From NCBI GenBank assembly GCA_041596615.1, contig JBFHIG010000005.1:1214-65213 (forward strand): a stretch of DNA of 64,000 bases, given 5' to 3'. Below the pieces are notes generated by a model, which made no database searches, was not told the origin of the DNA, and was given only the letters and a program-made list of their open reading frames with translations. Both the position numbers and the translations under genes were made by a program. The DNA comes from Candidatus Moraniibacteriota bacterium (lineage in GTDB: Bacteria; Patescibacteriota; Minisyncoccia; Moranbacterales; DUUL01). Below, in pieces: positions 37,028 through 45,662 of this stretch. Position 1 is the stretch's first letter. Every line of letters begins with the position of its first letter.

Positions 37028-38056
37028 TTGATGATAGTATATAATAAAATAATCTCAAAATTTCTCAACAATTATTCCATGGAACCGCAAACTTTTATTG
37101 AAGAAAGGTTAAACAATTTAAACTCTAGTGAACATACCTTTGAACAAGAAAACGCCACCAATTTAGAGGCGGAAATTTTGCGTTTACTTCTTTTCAAAAA
37201 ATTTAGAAAATATTCAGCAAGCGAAGAACTAATAAATCATTGTAAGAAAGCAATTTCGATACAGGTGTCAGACAATAAACCTATAAATATAACTTTTCTA
37301 CATGGAGCATATAAACTTTGGCGATTAGAGGAATCTCCTTGCGTAGATTGGGCGGAATTTTTTTCACTTTTATATTACACTGATTGGGTAAAAGGTATTT
37401 GCAAAATATATAAGCCAGGCGTCTGGTTTGATTTTTTTGTTGATGATCTAATTGTCCCGAAGCTTGATAATATTCCAATGAATGATGTTGAAAAGTATAT
37501 TGAATCATACAATCAATTGATAAATTTTATCAAATTTTATCAACCAAAAAATCTGAAAATGACAATTACACCAGTTGGTTCGAAGTTTAAATCTGCAGAA
37601 GAATTTGAGGATATTTTAAAGCAAAAACTCAATGAACTTAATAGAAAATCAAATAATCAATTACCTAAGCTGACAGATTCTCAGCGAGCAATGATTGAGC
37701 TTAATGTTAAACTAAATCAAACACAGAAAAAAGACCCTACTTGGCAGGAAAAAATATGGCAATTACATAATGCTTATTTGGAAATAAAAAAATCGCTCGG
37801 TTACCATTTTCGTCCTGAAAAGATATTGGCATTCACACAACCTTTGCCATCAGGCAGTACAATATCTGTTGGGACAACAAAATCTTCAATAATGAAATTT
37901 TGGATTGGAGCGGGAGTATTAAAACCAAGGGACACTTCATACCAAGAAGTAATATTCTCTCCATCTCAATTGAAATCAGCAGATTTTCAATGGTTGGATA
38001 TGAAAATAAAAGGTCTTAATGGAGAGAATTTTGAAAAAATTAGAATACTTAAGTAA
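37028..38056 (+). CDS. hypothetical protein (orphan; no family recognised)
   Basis: 342-aa ORF. M18 at 37079 (MEPQTF...) is a plausible alternative start. Coding-like composition, no TM or signal sequence. Lies between the two copies of the tRNA terminator repeat. Confidence 0.6.
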   Translation: MMIVYNKIISKFLNNYSMEPQTFIEERLNNLNSSEHTFEQENATNLEAEILRLLLFKKFRKYSASEELINHCKKAISIQVSDNKPINITFLHGAYKLWRLEESPCVDWAEFFSLLYYTDWVKGICKIYKPGVWFDFFVDDLIVPKLDNIPMNDVEKYIESYNQLINFIKFYQPKNLKMTITPVGSKFKSAEEFEDILKQKLNELNRKSNNQLPKLTDSQRAMIELNVKLNQTQKKDPTWQEKIWQLHNAYLEIKKSLGYHFRPEKILAFTQPLPSGSTISVGTTKSSIMKFWIGAGVLKPRDTSYQEVIFSPSQLKSADFQWLDMKIKGLNGENFEKIRILK

Positions 38057-38198
38057 TTAGCGACTGTTAATCTCAGAAACCAAAGTTCCAACTTCGTCCC
38101 ACACTCTCCGCCTTCGCCACGCTGAAGCGAGGCTATGACATGACAAGGTGCTCTTACAGCTTCGCGAAGGCAGGATTCAGTTTGCGAAAGCGACATTC

Positions 38199-38228
38199 AA
38201 AAACATCCTATTTTCTAGGGTGTTTTTT
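38199..38228 (+). terminator. second copy of the tRNA-Ser terminator hairpin
   Basis: aaaaacatcctattttctagggtgtttttt. It is part of a 49-nt repeat (38199-38247) matching 36972-37020 at 43 of 49 positions. Confidence 0.65.
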
Positions 38229-38346
38229 GATAGCGATTTGTTGTTTTGAGAATTTAAATGTATTATTGAATCAAATATTTAGATGCTAGCAAAAATTGCT
38301 AAAAATAAGGCATTTAAATTCAAATATTAATACCAATAAAAATTTT

Positions 38347-38970
38347 ATGAGAAGCAAGAAAGCTACAAAGGCAAGTATCTTAAAATCATATGTCAATCTG
38401 GCAGAAAAAGCGAAGCTTGATTTTGATTTTATCATATTAACAATCGGAGCTGCTGCTATTTGTTCCTTTGGATTTAAAATGAATAGCCCAGCAGTAATCG
38501 TTGGGGCAATGGTAATTTCACCACTACTCTATTCTGTTGTTAGTATTGGAGTTGCGTCTTTTAAAAAAGATTGGAAAGTTCTTTTGGATGGACTAGCGAC
38601 TTTAACTGCAGGCATAATTATTGCGATTAGCATATCCGCCTTTTTGAATCTATTTTTCCTCACCGAATACAGAACTGAAATAGTTGACCGACTCAGTGGC
38701 TTATCAAGTGATTATTTTTTTGTAGCATTTTTCTCTGGACTTGCAGGAACTTTTACGTTTTTCTGGCCAGAAATTATCGAGGCAATCGCTGGAATTGCTA
38801 TCTCTGTGGCCTTGATTCCGCCAGTTGTTTTAATCGGCTTGGGACTAGCAAACTTCGATTACCAAATCATAGTTCATGGCAGTGCTATTGTTATGATTAA
38901 TGTATTGGGAATTTATCTTGGCTCTCTTTTGATGTTTACGGGATTGCATTTTTTATCTGAGGAAAAATAG
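38347..38970 (+). CDS. DUF389-like integral membrane protein
   Basis: The ORF begins at 38296, but the start is probably M18 (MRSKKATKA). IVGAMVISPLLYSVVSIGVA and several further TM helices. Confidence 0.55.
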   Translation: MRSKKATKASILKSYVNLAEKAKLDFDFIILTIGAAAICSFGFKMNSPAVIVGAMVISPLLYSVVSIGVASFKKDWKVLLDGLATLTAGIIIAISISAFLNLFFLTEYRTEIVDRLSGLSSDYFFVAFFSGLAGTFTFFWPEIIEAIAGIAISVALIPPVVLIGLGLANFDYQIIVHGSAIVMINVLGIYLGSLLMFTGLHFLSEEK

Positions 38971-39099
38971 CTTTACCCATCGTGTCTATAAACTCCAAAC
39001 TCGAAAAGCATCTCTATTCATGGGGTGTTTTTTGGTTTATATTTGTAATAATAAAGCTATAGATGTTATAATTTACAAACTAATAACATAAGCTGCAAA

Positions 39100-39777
39100 A
39101 TGAAATACTCCATCCTTTTTGATTATAACGGTGTGATTGCCAACGATGAACATCTTCAATTTTTAGCGTTTAAAAATATCATCAAAAACCTTGGATTAGA
39201 TTTGAGTCAAAACCTTTACGACAAACATTTCCTTGGGAAAACTGATTATGAAGGATTTTTATCATTAGCTAATTCCCCAGTAATTTCATTCCCTCAAAAT
39301 TCCATTGACGCTCTTGTTAGGGAAAAAACAAAATTATATCAAAAACTCTCTGGGAAAGCAGATATTTTATACCCAGGTGTAGAATCCATCCTTTCCAGCC
39401 TAAGCAAAGTTTTCAAACTTGCCATCATCACTGGATCTTCCAAGGAAGAACTTTTTCCCGTTCTCGAAAGAAATGAGTTGACTCAATATTTTCAAAAAAT
39501 AATCACGGCCGATGATATCACAAAGAGCAAGCCAGATCCCGAGGGCTATCTAAAAGGATTGTCTTTGCTTGGGACGAGTGCTGATAAAGCCCTAGTCATT
39601 GAAGACTCGCCCTCTGGAATAAAAGCTGCTAAGTCCGCAGGAATAAAATGCATCGCAGTGCTCCACACGACCCCCAGAAACAAACTTGCCGGTGCTGATA
39701 AAATAATTGCTAGCATCGCCAAATTAGATGAGGAGTTGATTTTGTCAATAATTGAGAAACCTAGATTAACTACGTGA
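39100..39777 (+). CDS. HAD-superfamily hydrolase (beta-phosphoglucomutase-like subfamily IA)
   Basis: 225 aa. Motif I ILFDYNGVI, motif II ITGS, motif III/IV K...VIEDSPSGIKAAKSAGIKCIAV. Confidence 0.75.
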   Translation: MKYSILFDYNGVIANDEHLQFLAFKNIIKNLGLDLSQNLYDKHFLGKTDYEGFLSLANSPVISFPQNSIDALVREKTKLYQKLSGKADILYPGVESILSSLSKVFKLAIITGSSKEELFPVLERNELTQYFQKIITADDITKSKPDPEGYLKGLSLLGTSADKALVIEDSPSGIKAAKSAGIKCIAVLHTTPRNKLAGADKIIASIAKLDEELILSIIEKPRLTT

Positions 39778-40103
39778 TTACAATAATAAAATTTATCCAC
39801 ACCCTGGTTTGGGCAATATTTGTTTCGGCGATAATGTATGTTTTGTATGCAGGAGTTACCAATACTTTTGATACCCCATTACTGGTGTCTATAGGGCTAA
39901 TTATATTCGAAACTATAGTTTTAATAATAAATAAATGGGCCTGTCCGCTAACTGGTATTGCAAGAAAATACACTTCCGATAGAAATGCCAACTTTGATAT
40001 CTATTTGCCAAATTGGTTGGCAAAACACAACAAATCAATATTTTCCACACTTTTTATTATTGGTCTTATTCTCGTGATTATTAATTTTATCAGAACCAAA
40101 TGA
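39774..40103 (+). CDS. small membrane protein (DUF2784-like CPLT motif)
   Basis: 109 aa, three TM helices, WACPLTGIARKY. 4-nt overlaps with both neighbours. Confidence 0.4.
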   Translation: MITIIKFIHTLVWAIFVSAIMYVLYAGVTNTFDTPLLVSIGLIIFETIVLIINKWACPLTGIARKYTSDRNANFDIYLPNWLAKHNKSIFSTLFIIGLILVIINFIRTK

Positions 40104-40912
40104 AGGATTTAGCAATTCAAATCGTAAACTACAAAACAAAAAAATATCTTGAGGATTGTCTTGATGATGTTTTGGCTGATCTAAAAGGGAATAATTTAAA
40201 TTACGAAATCAGCGTTCTTGATAATGATTCTGGGGATAATCTGCTTGACCTCGAAGAAAAATATTCTAAAGACAAAATTAATTTTTGCTACTCTAGCAAA
40301 AATCTTGGCTTTGGAGGTGGTCATAATTTCCTGGCGAAGAAAGCTGATTCAAAATTTCTCCTGATTCTAAATCCAGATTTAAAATTTATTGAAAAACAGA
40401 CAATCAAAAGACTTTTCTTAGAAATAGATAAGAATAAAAACATCAAAATTGTTGGGCCAAAGGTGATGACAAAAGAGAATAAACCTCAAAGATGGGATCA
40501 CGGGCAACTAAAGGGATTGCTGGCAAAAATAACTCTTCGGAGTGGGAATTCTTATTGGAAAAATCTAAAAGAAGCCTCCTCCGTCGCCTGGGTTTCTGGC
40601 ACTTTTTTGATGATAGAAACTAAAACGTTTAAAAAAATAAAAGGCTTTGATGAAAATTTCTTCTTGTATAAAGAAGAGGAAGATCTGTGTCTTAGGGTTA
40701 GAGATTTAGCTGGTGAGATTTGGTACTTTCCTCAAATAAAAATATGTCATATTGGCTCTGTTGTTGCTAAAAGGTACGAATATATGGAAAAATCTTCAAG
40801 AATTTTCGATGAAAAACATCTAAAAAATAAACCTGGATTTTTGTTTTTTAGAACAATTAACAAAACTCTCACTAAAATTTACAATTTAACAGGGAGACTT
40901 TTTAAAAGATAG
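40100..40912 (+). CDS. family 2 glycosyltransferase
   Basis: 270 aa. IQIVNYKT, VLDNDSGD, LILNPD, VSGTFLMI...GFDENFFLYKEEEDLCLR. Confidence 0.8.
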   Translation: MKDLAIQIVNYKTKKYLEDCLDDVLADLKGNNLNYEISVLDNDSGDNLLDLEEKYSKDKINFCYSSKNLGFGGGHNFLAKKADSKFLLILNPDLKFIEKQTIKRLFLEIDKNKNIKIVGPKVMTKENKPQRWDHGQLKGLLAKITLRSGNSYWKNLKEASSVAWVSGTFLMIETKTFKKIKGFDENFFLYKEEEDLCLRVRDLAGEIWYFPQIKICHIGSVVAKRYEYMEKSSRIFDEKHLKNKPGFLFFRTINKTLTKIYNLTGRLFKR

Positions 40913-41027
40913 CTTTGAGCAGAAAGACACTCTCCTGGTTTTTATATTAGTTATTGTCAACCAAAAATCTTTTATATAAGGGTTTTATATGTTATTATTA
41001 AACAAAGCTAATTTTAAATTCAAAAAA

Positions 41028-41411
41028 ATGAAAACTATTTTAGTAGATGCGGTGAATGCTTTCGTCGATACCGAGGGGAATATTTTTGAAGAAATGCATG
41101 ATTTACTTGAAGAATATCCTAATAATAAAATCATTCTCACTGGTGCTGATGATGAGCAATTCGCTCAATTTGTTTTAGACAAGATGCCCTACGAAGTTTT
41201 CACCCTAAAACATGATCCAGAAAAAACCAACCCCGAATATTACATGATGATGTTGGATAATTATGAACTGACCCCCGAAGATGTGATATATTTTGAACAT
41301 AATCCTGAAGCGGTGGAAAGTGCAAAATCTGTTGGGATAGAAACTTACCATTATGACAAAGATGAAAAAGATTTGGATAACCTGCAAGATTTTTTAAATG
41401 AGAATTTATAA
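41028..41411 (+). CDS. HAD-like small hydrolase (degenerate motif I)
   Basis: Start placed at M14 (MKTILVDAVNAF). Also ILTGADDEQ and EDVIYFEHNPEAVESAKSVGIETY. Confidence 0.45.
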   Translation: MKTILVDAVNAFVDTEGNIFEEMHDLLEEYPNNKIILTGADDEQFAQFVLDKMPYEVFTLKHDPEKTNPEYYMMMLDNYELTPEDVIYFEHNPEAVESAKSVGIETYHYDKDEKDLDNLQDFLNENL

Positions 41412-41433
41412 CCTTGACTTATAAGAAAATTTC

Positions 41434-41477
41434 AAAAAGAATAAGCACCAAACACAAAGCTTGGAGCTTATTTTTTT
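41434..41477. terminator. bidirectional terminator between convergent genes
   Basis: aataagcaccaa / ttggagcttatt (one mismatch), with an A-run before and a T-run after. Confidence 0.6.
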
Positions 41478-41505
41478 CAAAAACAAAAGTCTTATCATCG
41501 ATGAA

Positions 41506-41685
41506 CTATTCGTCTTTTCTTTCAGACTTCCCCGCGAAATAACCTCTGATTTTAATTTTAGTCTTGCTATAAAAATTTTTTCTTGAATCTTTTTGAAAAA
41601 CCCCAATGAATTTGCTTAGAAAAGATCTTGGCGTTCTATAGCCTGGTTTTCCAGGCTTTCCTCCAACTTTTGCATAGTCTCGCAT
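41506..41685 (-). CDS. possible small basic protein (59 aa), below the ORF-track cutoff
   Basis: My manual translation: MRDYAKVGGKPGKPGYRTPRSFLSKFIGVFQKDSRKNFYSKTKIKIRGYFAGKSERKDE. It ends just before the bidirectional terminator. No clear SD sequence. Confidence 0.3.
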   Translation of the reverse strand: MRDYAKVGGKPGKPGYRTPRSFLSKFIGVFQKDSRKNFYSKTKIKIRGYFAGKSERKDE

Positions 41686-41846
41686 ATTTTTGTGTTTTAA
41701 GGATTAGAACTTATCTACCTCTAGTTTATAGGCTTTGACTAAATATATCAAACATCAAAATATTTTCCAAAATAAACATGCGTGCTAAACTTAGTCTAAT
41801 ATTACATTACAACCATCTTTTATAGTAAAAATTATTCTGTGGCCCA

Positions 41847-42518
41847 ATGAAAGTTACGCTCGAAAAAACTTGGAAAAAAAACTTAGCAAAAGAGTTTGAA
41901 AAATCTTACTTCAAAGCTCTATCTGATTTCATGCATAATGAATATCTTACGAAGCAAATTTTCCCAAAACCAAAAAATATTTTTTCTGCTTTTAATAATT
42001 GTCCTTTTGAGAAAGTTAAAGTTGTGATTATTGGGCAAGATCCCTATCATGACTTTGGACAAGCGCACGGATTTTGCTTTTCTGTTCCACTTGGAATCAA
42101 AATTCCTCCATCACTTTCCAATATCTACAAAGAAATTGAAAGTGATTTGGGGATAATAATGCCAAAATCTGGTGATTTAACTTCCTGGGCAAAACAAGGT
42201 GCGTTACTATTGAACGCGACACTCACTGTTGAGGCTCACAAAGCTGGCTCTCATCAAAAAAAGGGCTGGGAAGAATTCACTGACCAAACAATCAAAACGC
42301 TTTCAGAAAAACGGGAGAACTTAGTTTTTCTACTCTGGGGAGTATATGCACAAAACAAAGCAGACTTGATTGATGAATCAAAACATTTGATTTTAAAAGC
42401 GCCACATCCTTCTCCACTCTCAGCTCATCGAGGATTTTTCGGTTGCAAACATTTCAGCAAAACTAACGAGTTTCTTACTTCTAAAGAGCTTAAAAAAATA
42501 AATTGGGAAATAAAATAA
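41847..42518 (+). CDS. ung: uracil-DNA glycosylase (family 1)
   Basis: 223 aa. VVIIGQDPYH, GFCFSV, LLLNATLTV, HPSPLSA. Confidence 0.92.
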   Translation: MKVTLEKTWKKNLAKEFEKSYFKALSDFMHNEYLTKQIFPKPKNIFSAFNNCPFEKVKVVIIGQDPYHDFGQAHGFCFSVPLGIKIPPSLSNIYKEIESDLGIIMPKSGDLTSWAKQGALLLNATLTVEAHKAGSHQKKGWEEFTDQTIKTLSEKRENLVFLLWGVYAQNKADLIDESKHLILKAPHPSPLSAHRGFFGCKHFSKTNEFLTSKELKKINWEIK

Positions 42519-42529
42519 TTGAAATCTAT

Positions 42530-43105
42530 ATGAATAAAATAATTCTAGCATCTAGTTCTCCGAGAAGAAGTGAAATTTTTGCCAAACTTAGATTACCTTT
42601 TGAAATAGTTGCCAGCAACTACAAGGAAGATATGACACTAAAAATGTCACCAAAAGATTTAGCGAAATTTCTCTCCAGAGAAAAAGCACAGGAGGTCGCA
42701 AAAAGATTCAAAGCCCATCTTATTATAGGAGTTGACACCTTTGTGGTATTAGACAAGGAAATCCTAGGTAAACCACACACAAAAAAAGTTGCAAAGGAAA
42801 TGCTTGAAAAAATAAACGGGAAAAAATTGAAGATAATCACGGGGTTTGCCGTCATTAATTCAGCAACCAACAGAACTCTTTCTAAGACAAAGACAACAAA
42901 TGTATTTATCAAAAAGCTATCTTCGGAAGAAATTAAAAGCTACATCGCCACCAAAGAACCTCTTGATAAGGCTGGCGCTTTTGCTATTCAAGGGATTGGA
43001 GCTGTTCTAATCAAAAAAATTGATGGCGACTATTTTAATGCCGTTGGTCTTTCTCTTTTCGAAATAGCGAAAGCATTAAAAAAATTCGAAATCAAGGTTT
43101 TATAA
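42530..43105 (+). CDS. maf: Maf-like nucleoside-triphosphate pyrophosphatase
   Basis: Start placed at M10 (MNKIILASSSPRR), which avoids overlap with ung. Also GVDTFVVLD and DKAGAFAIQG. Confidence 0.85.
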   Translation: MNKIILASSSPRRSEIFAKLRLPFEIVASNYKEDMTLKMSPKDLAKFLSREKAQEVAKRFKAHLIIGVDTFVVLDKEILGKPHTKKVAKEMLEKINGKKLKIITGFAVINSATNRTLSKTKTTNVFIKKLSSEEIKSYIATKEPLDKAGAFAIQGIGAVLIKKIDGDYFNAVGLSLFEIAKALKKFEIKVL

Positions 43106-43130
43106 AAATAACTTATATCAAACAACTAAA

Positions 43131-43703
43131 ATGCTAATCATCTACGCTCACCCAAATCATGACGGACATTGTGGACACGTCTTAACGGAAATCAAGAAGG
43201 AACTTGCACTAAAAGAAATAGAATATGAAGTTCTGGATTTATACAAACTAAACTATGATCCGGTTCTAAAACAAGAAGAGCATTACACTTCTGGAAACTA
43301 CCATCTCGCTAAAGAAACACTCAAATTTCAAACACTTATCAAAAAAGAAAGGCAATTCATCATCATCTACCCGACTTGGTGGAATGGAACACCAGCAATT
43401 TTAAAGGGCTTTTTCGACCGCACACTGACAAATAAATTTGCCTTTCGCTATAATATATTCAAATTTCCCAAGGGCCTCCTAAAAGGAAAAGTTGCGGTCA
43501 TCACAACCACTGGAGGACCAGCACTTGCTGAAAAGCTGATTTTGGGAAATCGTTCACTTAAAGTTGTTGTGGGAGAAACTTTAAAATTTTGCGGATTAAA
43601 AGCAAAGGGCTTCATGGTAGATAAAGCCAATAAATTTACCGCAAAAAGCAAGAAGAAAATAGAGAAAAAAGTTAAACTAGCACTTAAATATCTTCTGAAA
43701 TAA
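43131..43703 (+). CDS. flavodoxin-like fold NAD(P)H oxidoreductase (quinone reductase family)
   Basis: 190 aa. MLIIYAHPNHDG and YPTWWNGTPAILKGFFDR. Confidence 0.75.
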   Translation: MLIIYAHPNHDGHCGHVLTEIKKELALKEIEYEVLDLYKLNYDPVLKQEEHYTSGNYHLAKETLKFQTLIKKERQFIIIYPTWWNGTPAILKGFFDRTLTNKFAFRYNIFKFPKGLLKGKVAVITTTGGPALAEKLILGNRSLKVVVGETLKFCGLKAKGFMVDKANKFTAKSKKKIEKKVKLALKYLLK

Positions 43704-43734
43704 ATAGTTTTCTAATTGACTAAAGTCTTGCCTT

Positions 43735-43773
43735 AAAAAATAAACCACCAGTTAATCCTGGCGGTTTATTTTT
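43735..43773. terminator. bidirectional terminator between convergent genes
   Basis: ataaaccacca / tggcggtttat (one mismatch), 8-nt loop, with an A-run before and a T-run after. Confidence 0.6.
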
Positions 43774-43847
43774 ATTGAAAATTATTGATCGTTTATTCTC
43801 TCAACTTTATAAACCTTATGAACTTTACAAACTTTATAAACTCTACT

Positions 43848-45197
43848 TTATCCCCTAATAATCCCCAAAAGCTCATCTTTTTTTTCCTCCATAAGTTCCT
43901 TTGTTTTTGCCTCAAGATTAAGTCTCAATACTGGTTCCGTGTTTGAAGCTCGCACATTAAACCACCAATCTTCAAAATCAATTCTGATGCCATCCAACCT
44001 ATCCATTTCCCCATCTGAATATTTTTCTTCTAGCTGTTTCAAAACAGCCTTTACATCTTTAACTTCAGAATTAATCTCTCCTGAATGAAAATATCTTTTT
44101 AAATCTTCGGTTAGTTCAGACATTGTCATGCCAGTCTCGTTTAAAAGATTCAAAAGGGTCACAACAGCTAAAGTTGCTAACTCTGCTTTTGAATTTTCTT
44201 CAAAATAATAATGCCCTGAGAGCTCACCTGCAAAAATTGCACCCTCCTCTCTCATCTGTTTTTTAATCAATGAATGACCAACTCGGCAACGACTAACAAC
44301 TCCGCCAGCCTCTTCAATGACCTCTTTAACAGAATTTGAACCTCTTAGATCCATTAAGATTTTGCTACCGGGATGCTTTTTTAAAATCTCTTTTGCTAAA
44401 AGTGCAGTTACAAAGTCCATTGGAATAACCGTTCCTTTTTCATCAACAAATCCAACTCGATCTGCATCTCCATCATAAGAAACACCAAGGTCAGCGCCTT
44501 CCTCCAGAACCCTTTCTTGCAAAGCCTCCAGCGTTTCAGTCTTTAAAGGATTCGCTTCGTGGTTTGGGAAAGAACCATCATATTGATCATACATATAAAC
44601 TTTTTCAACTGAATCTCCCATATTCTCTAGAACCTCTTTGTCTAAAATTCCCATCGCATTAGCGAAATCAACTACAATTTTTTTCTTTTTTGTAGCGACC
44701 TCTTTGTTGAAAAATCCCGCGATATATTCTAGGTACTTTTGTTTCAATTTTTTATCTTCAACAACACAACCTTTCTCACCTACGGGCTCAAAATTACCCT
44801 CCATCGCCAGTTGCTTTATCTCTTCCATTCCACTGCCCTCTCCAATCGGGACAGCGCCCTTGAAGCAAAATTTCATCCCATTATATTCCGCTGGATTATG
44901 TGAGGCTGTAATAATAATTCCCGCATCAACATCCAGATTCCAAGAGGCAAAATAAAGCATCGGAGTTGTTGAAATTCCAATCTTTATCACATTGACTCCA
45001 CCATCAGTCATCCCTTCGATCATTTTAGTCTCCAAATTATCAGATGATTTTCTAATGTCTTTTCCAATTACAATTGTTTTTGCTTTTGTAAAAACAGCCA
45101 AGGCTCTCCCGATGTTATAAACCGTCTCTTCGTTTATTTCACCAGGATAGACACCACGAATGTCATAAGCCTTAAAAATTCCTGAGTTAATTTCCAT
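43848..45197 (-). CDS. alpha-D-phosphohexomutase (phosphomannomutase/phosphoglucomutase/GlmM-like)
   Basis: 449 aa. Active-site loop ITASHNPAEYNGMKF. Metal loop SYDGDADRVGF. GELSGHYYF. Confidence 0.85.
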   Translation of the reverse strand: MEINSGIFKAYDIRGVYPGEINEETVYNIGRALAVFTKAKTIVIGKDIRKSSDNLETKMIEGMTDGGVNVIKIGISTTPMLYFASWNLDVDAGIIITASHNPAEYNGMKFCFKGAVPIGEGSGMEEIKQLAMEGNFEPVGEKGCVVEDKKLKQKYLEYIAGFFNKEVATKKKKIVVDFANAMGILDKEVLENMGDSVEKVYMYDQYDGSFPNHEANPLKTETLEALQERVLEEGADLGVSYDGDADRVGFVDEKGTVIPMDFVTALLAKEILKKHPGSKILMDLRGSNSVKEVIEEAGGVVSRCRVGHSLIKKQMREEGAIFAGELSGHYYFEENSKAELATLAVVTLLNLLNETGMTMSELTEDLKRYFHSGEINSEVKDVKAVLKQLEEKYSDGEMDRLDGIRIDFEDWWFNVRASNTEPVLRLNLEAKTKELMEEKKDELLGIIRG

Positions 45198-45203
45198 TGT
45201 TTT

Positions 45204-45632
45204 TTAATTATTTTTTATAATAAATTTTCTCTCGTTTTCATCTAAAATTTCTATCTTGATATTCACAACGTTCTTATAAAATGCACCCTCAATACGCTCT
45301 GGCCATTCTACAATCACCAAATTTCTTTTATCATTTATGATTTCCTCCCAAGATAAATCTTTTAAATCATCAAGTCCAATTCTATAACAATCAAAATGAT
45401 ATACTTTTTCAAAAACATTATTGCTCTTTAATTTATAATCTTTCATCACCACGAATGTTGGCGATGTGAATGGACCTTCTGCCCCAATTTCTTCCAAAAT
45501 TCCTTGTGCAAAGGTCGTCTTTCCAGCACCTAAATCACCTTTCAATAAAATAACGTTTCTTCCATCCAGTGAGGCGAGAACATCTCTTGCTAACGTTCGC
45601 GTGTCATTTAAATTATAAGCTTTAAATTCCAT
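45204..45632 (-). CDS. tsaE: tRNA t6A biosynthesis ATPase TsaE
   Basis: 142 aa. LKGDLGAGKTTFAQG...SPTFVVM...YHFDCYR. Confidence 0.85.
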   Translation of the reverse strand: MEFKAYNLNDTRTLARDVLASLDGRNVILLKGDLGAGKTTFAQGILEEIGAEGPFTSPTFVVMKDYKLKSNNVFEKVYHFDCYRIGLDDLKDLSWEEIINDKRNLVIVEWPERIEGAFYKNVVNIKIEILDENERKFIIKNN

Positions 45633-45662
45633 ATTTTAAATTCTAAATACTAAACACAACAA

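Noticed and set aside
36853-37071. 72-aa minus-strand ORF
   Set aside because: It runs antisense through tRNA-Ser(GCT) and its terminator, so it is an artefact.
37028-38056. Possible relationship of the 342-aa orphan to the Dit1/PvcA isonitrile-synthase family
   Set aside because: This rests only on a vague resemblance of two short segments (KPINITFLHGAYK and IYKPGVWFDFFVDD) to my memory of that family. That is not enough to support a call without a profile search.
41406-41606. 66-aa minus-strand ORF from the ORF track
   Set aside because: It starts inside the bidirectional terminator region of the convergent gene and has an implausible sequence. A different frame (41506-41685) is the better, though still weak, candidate.
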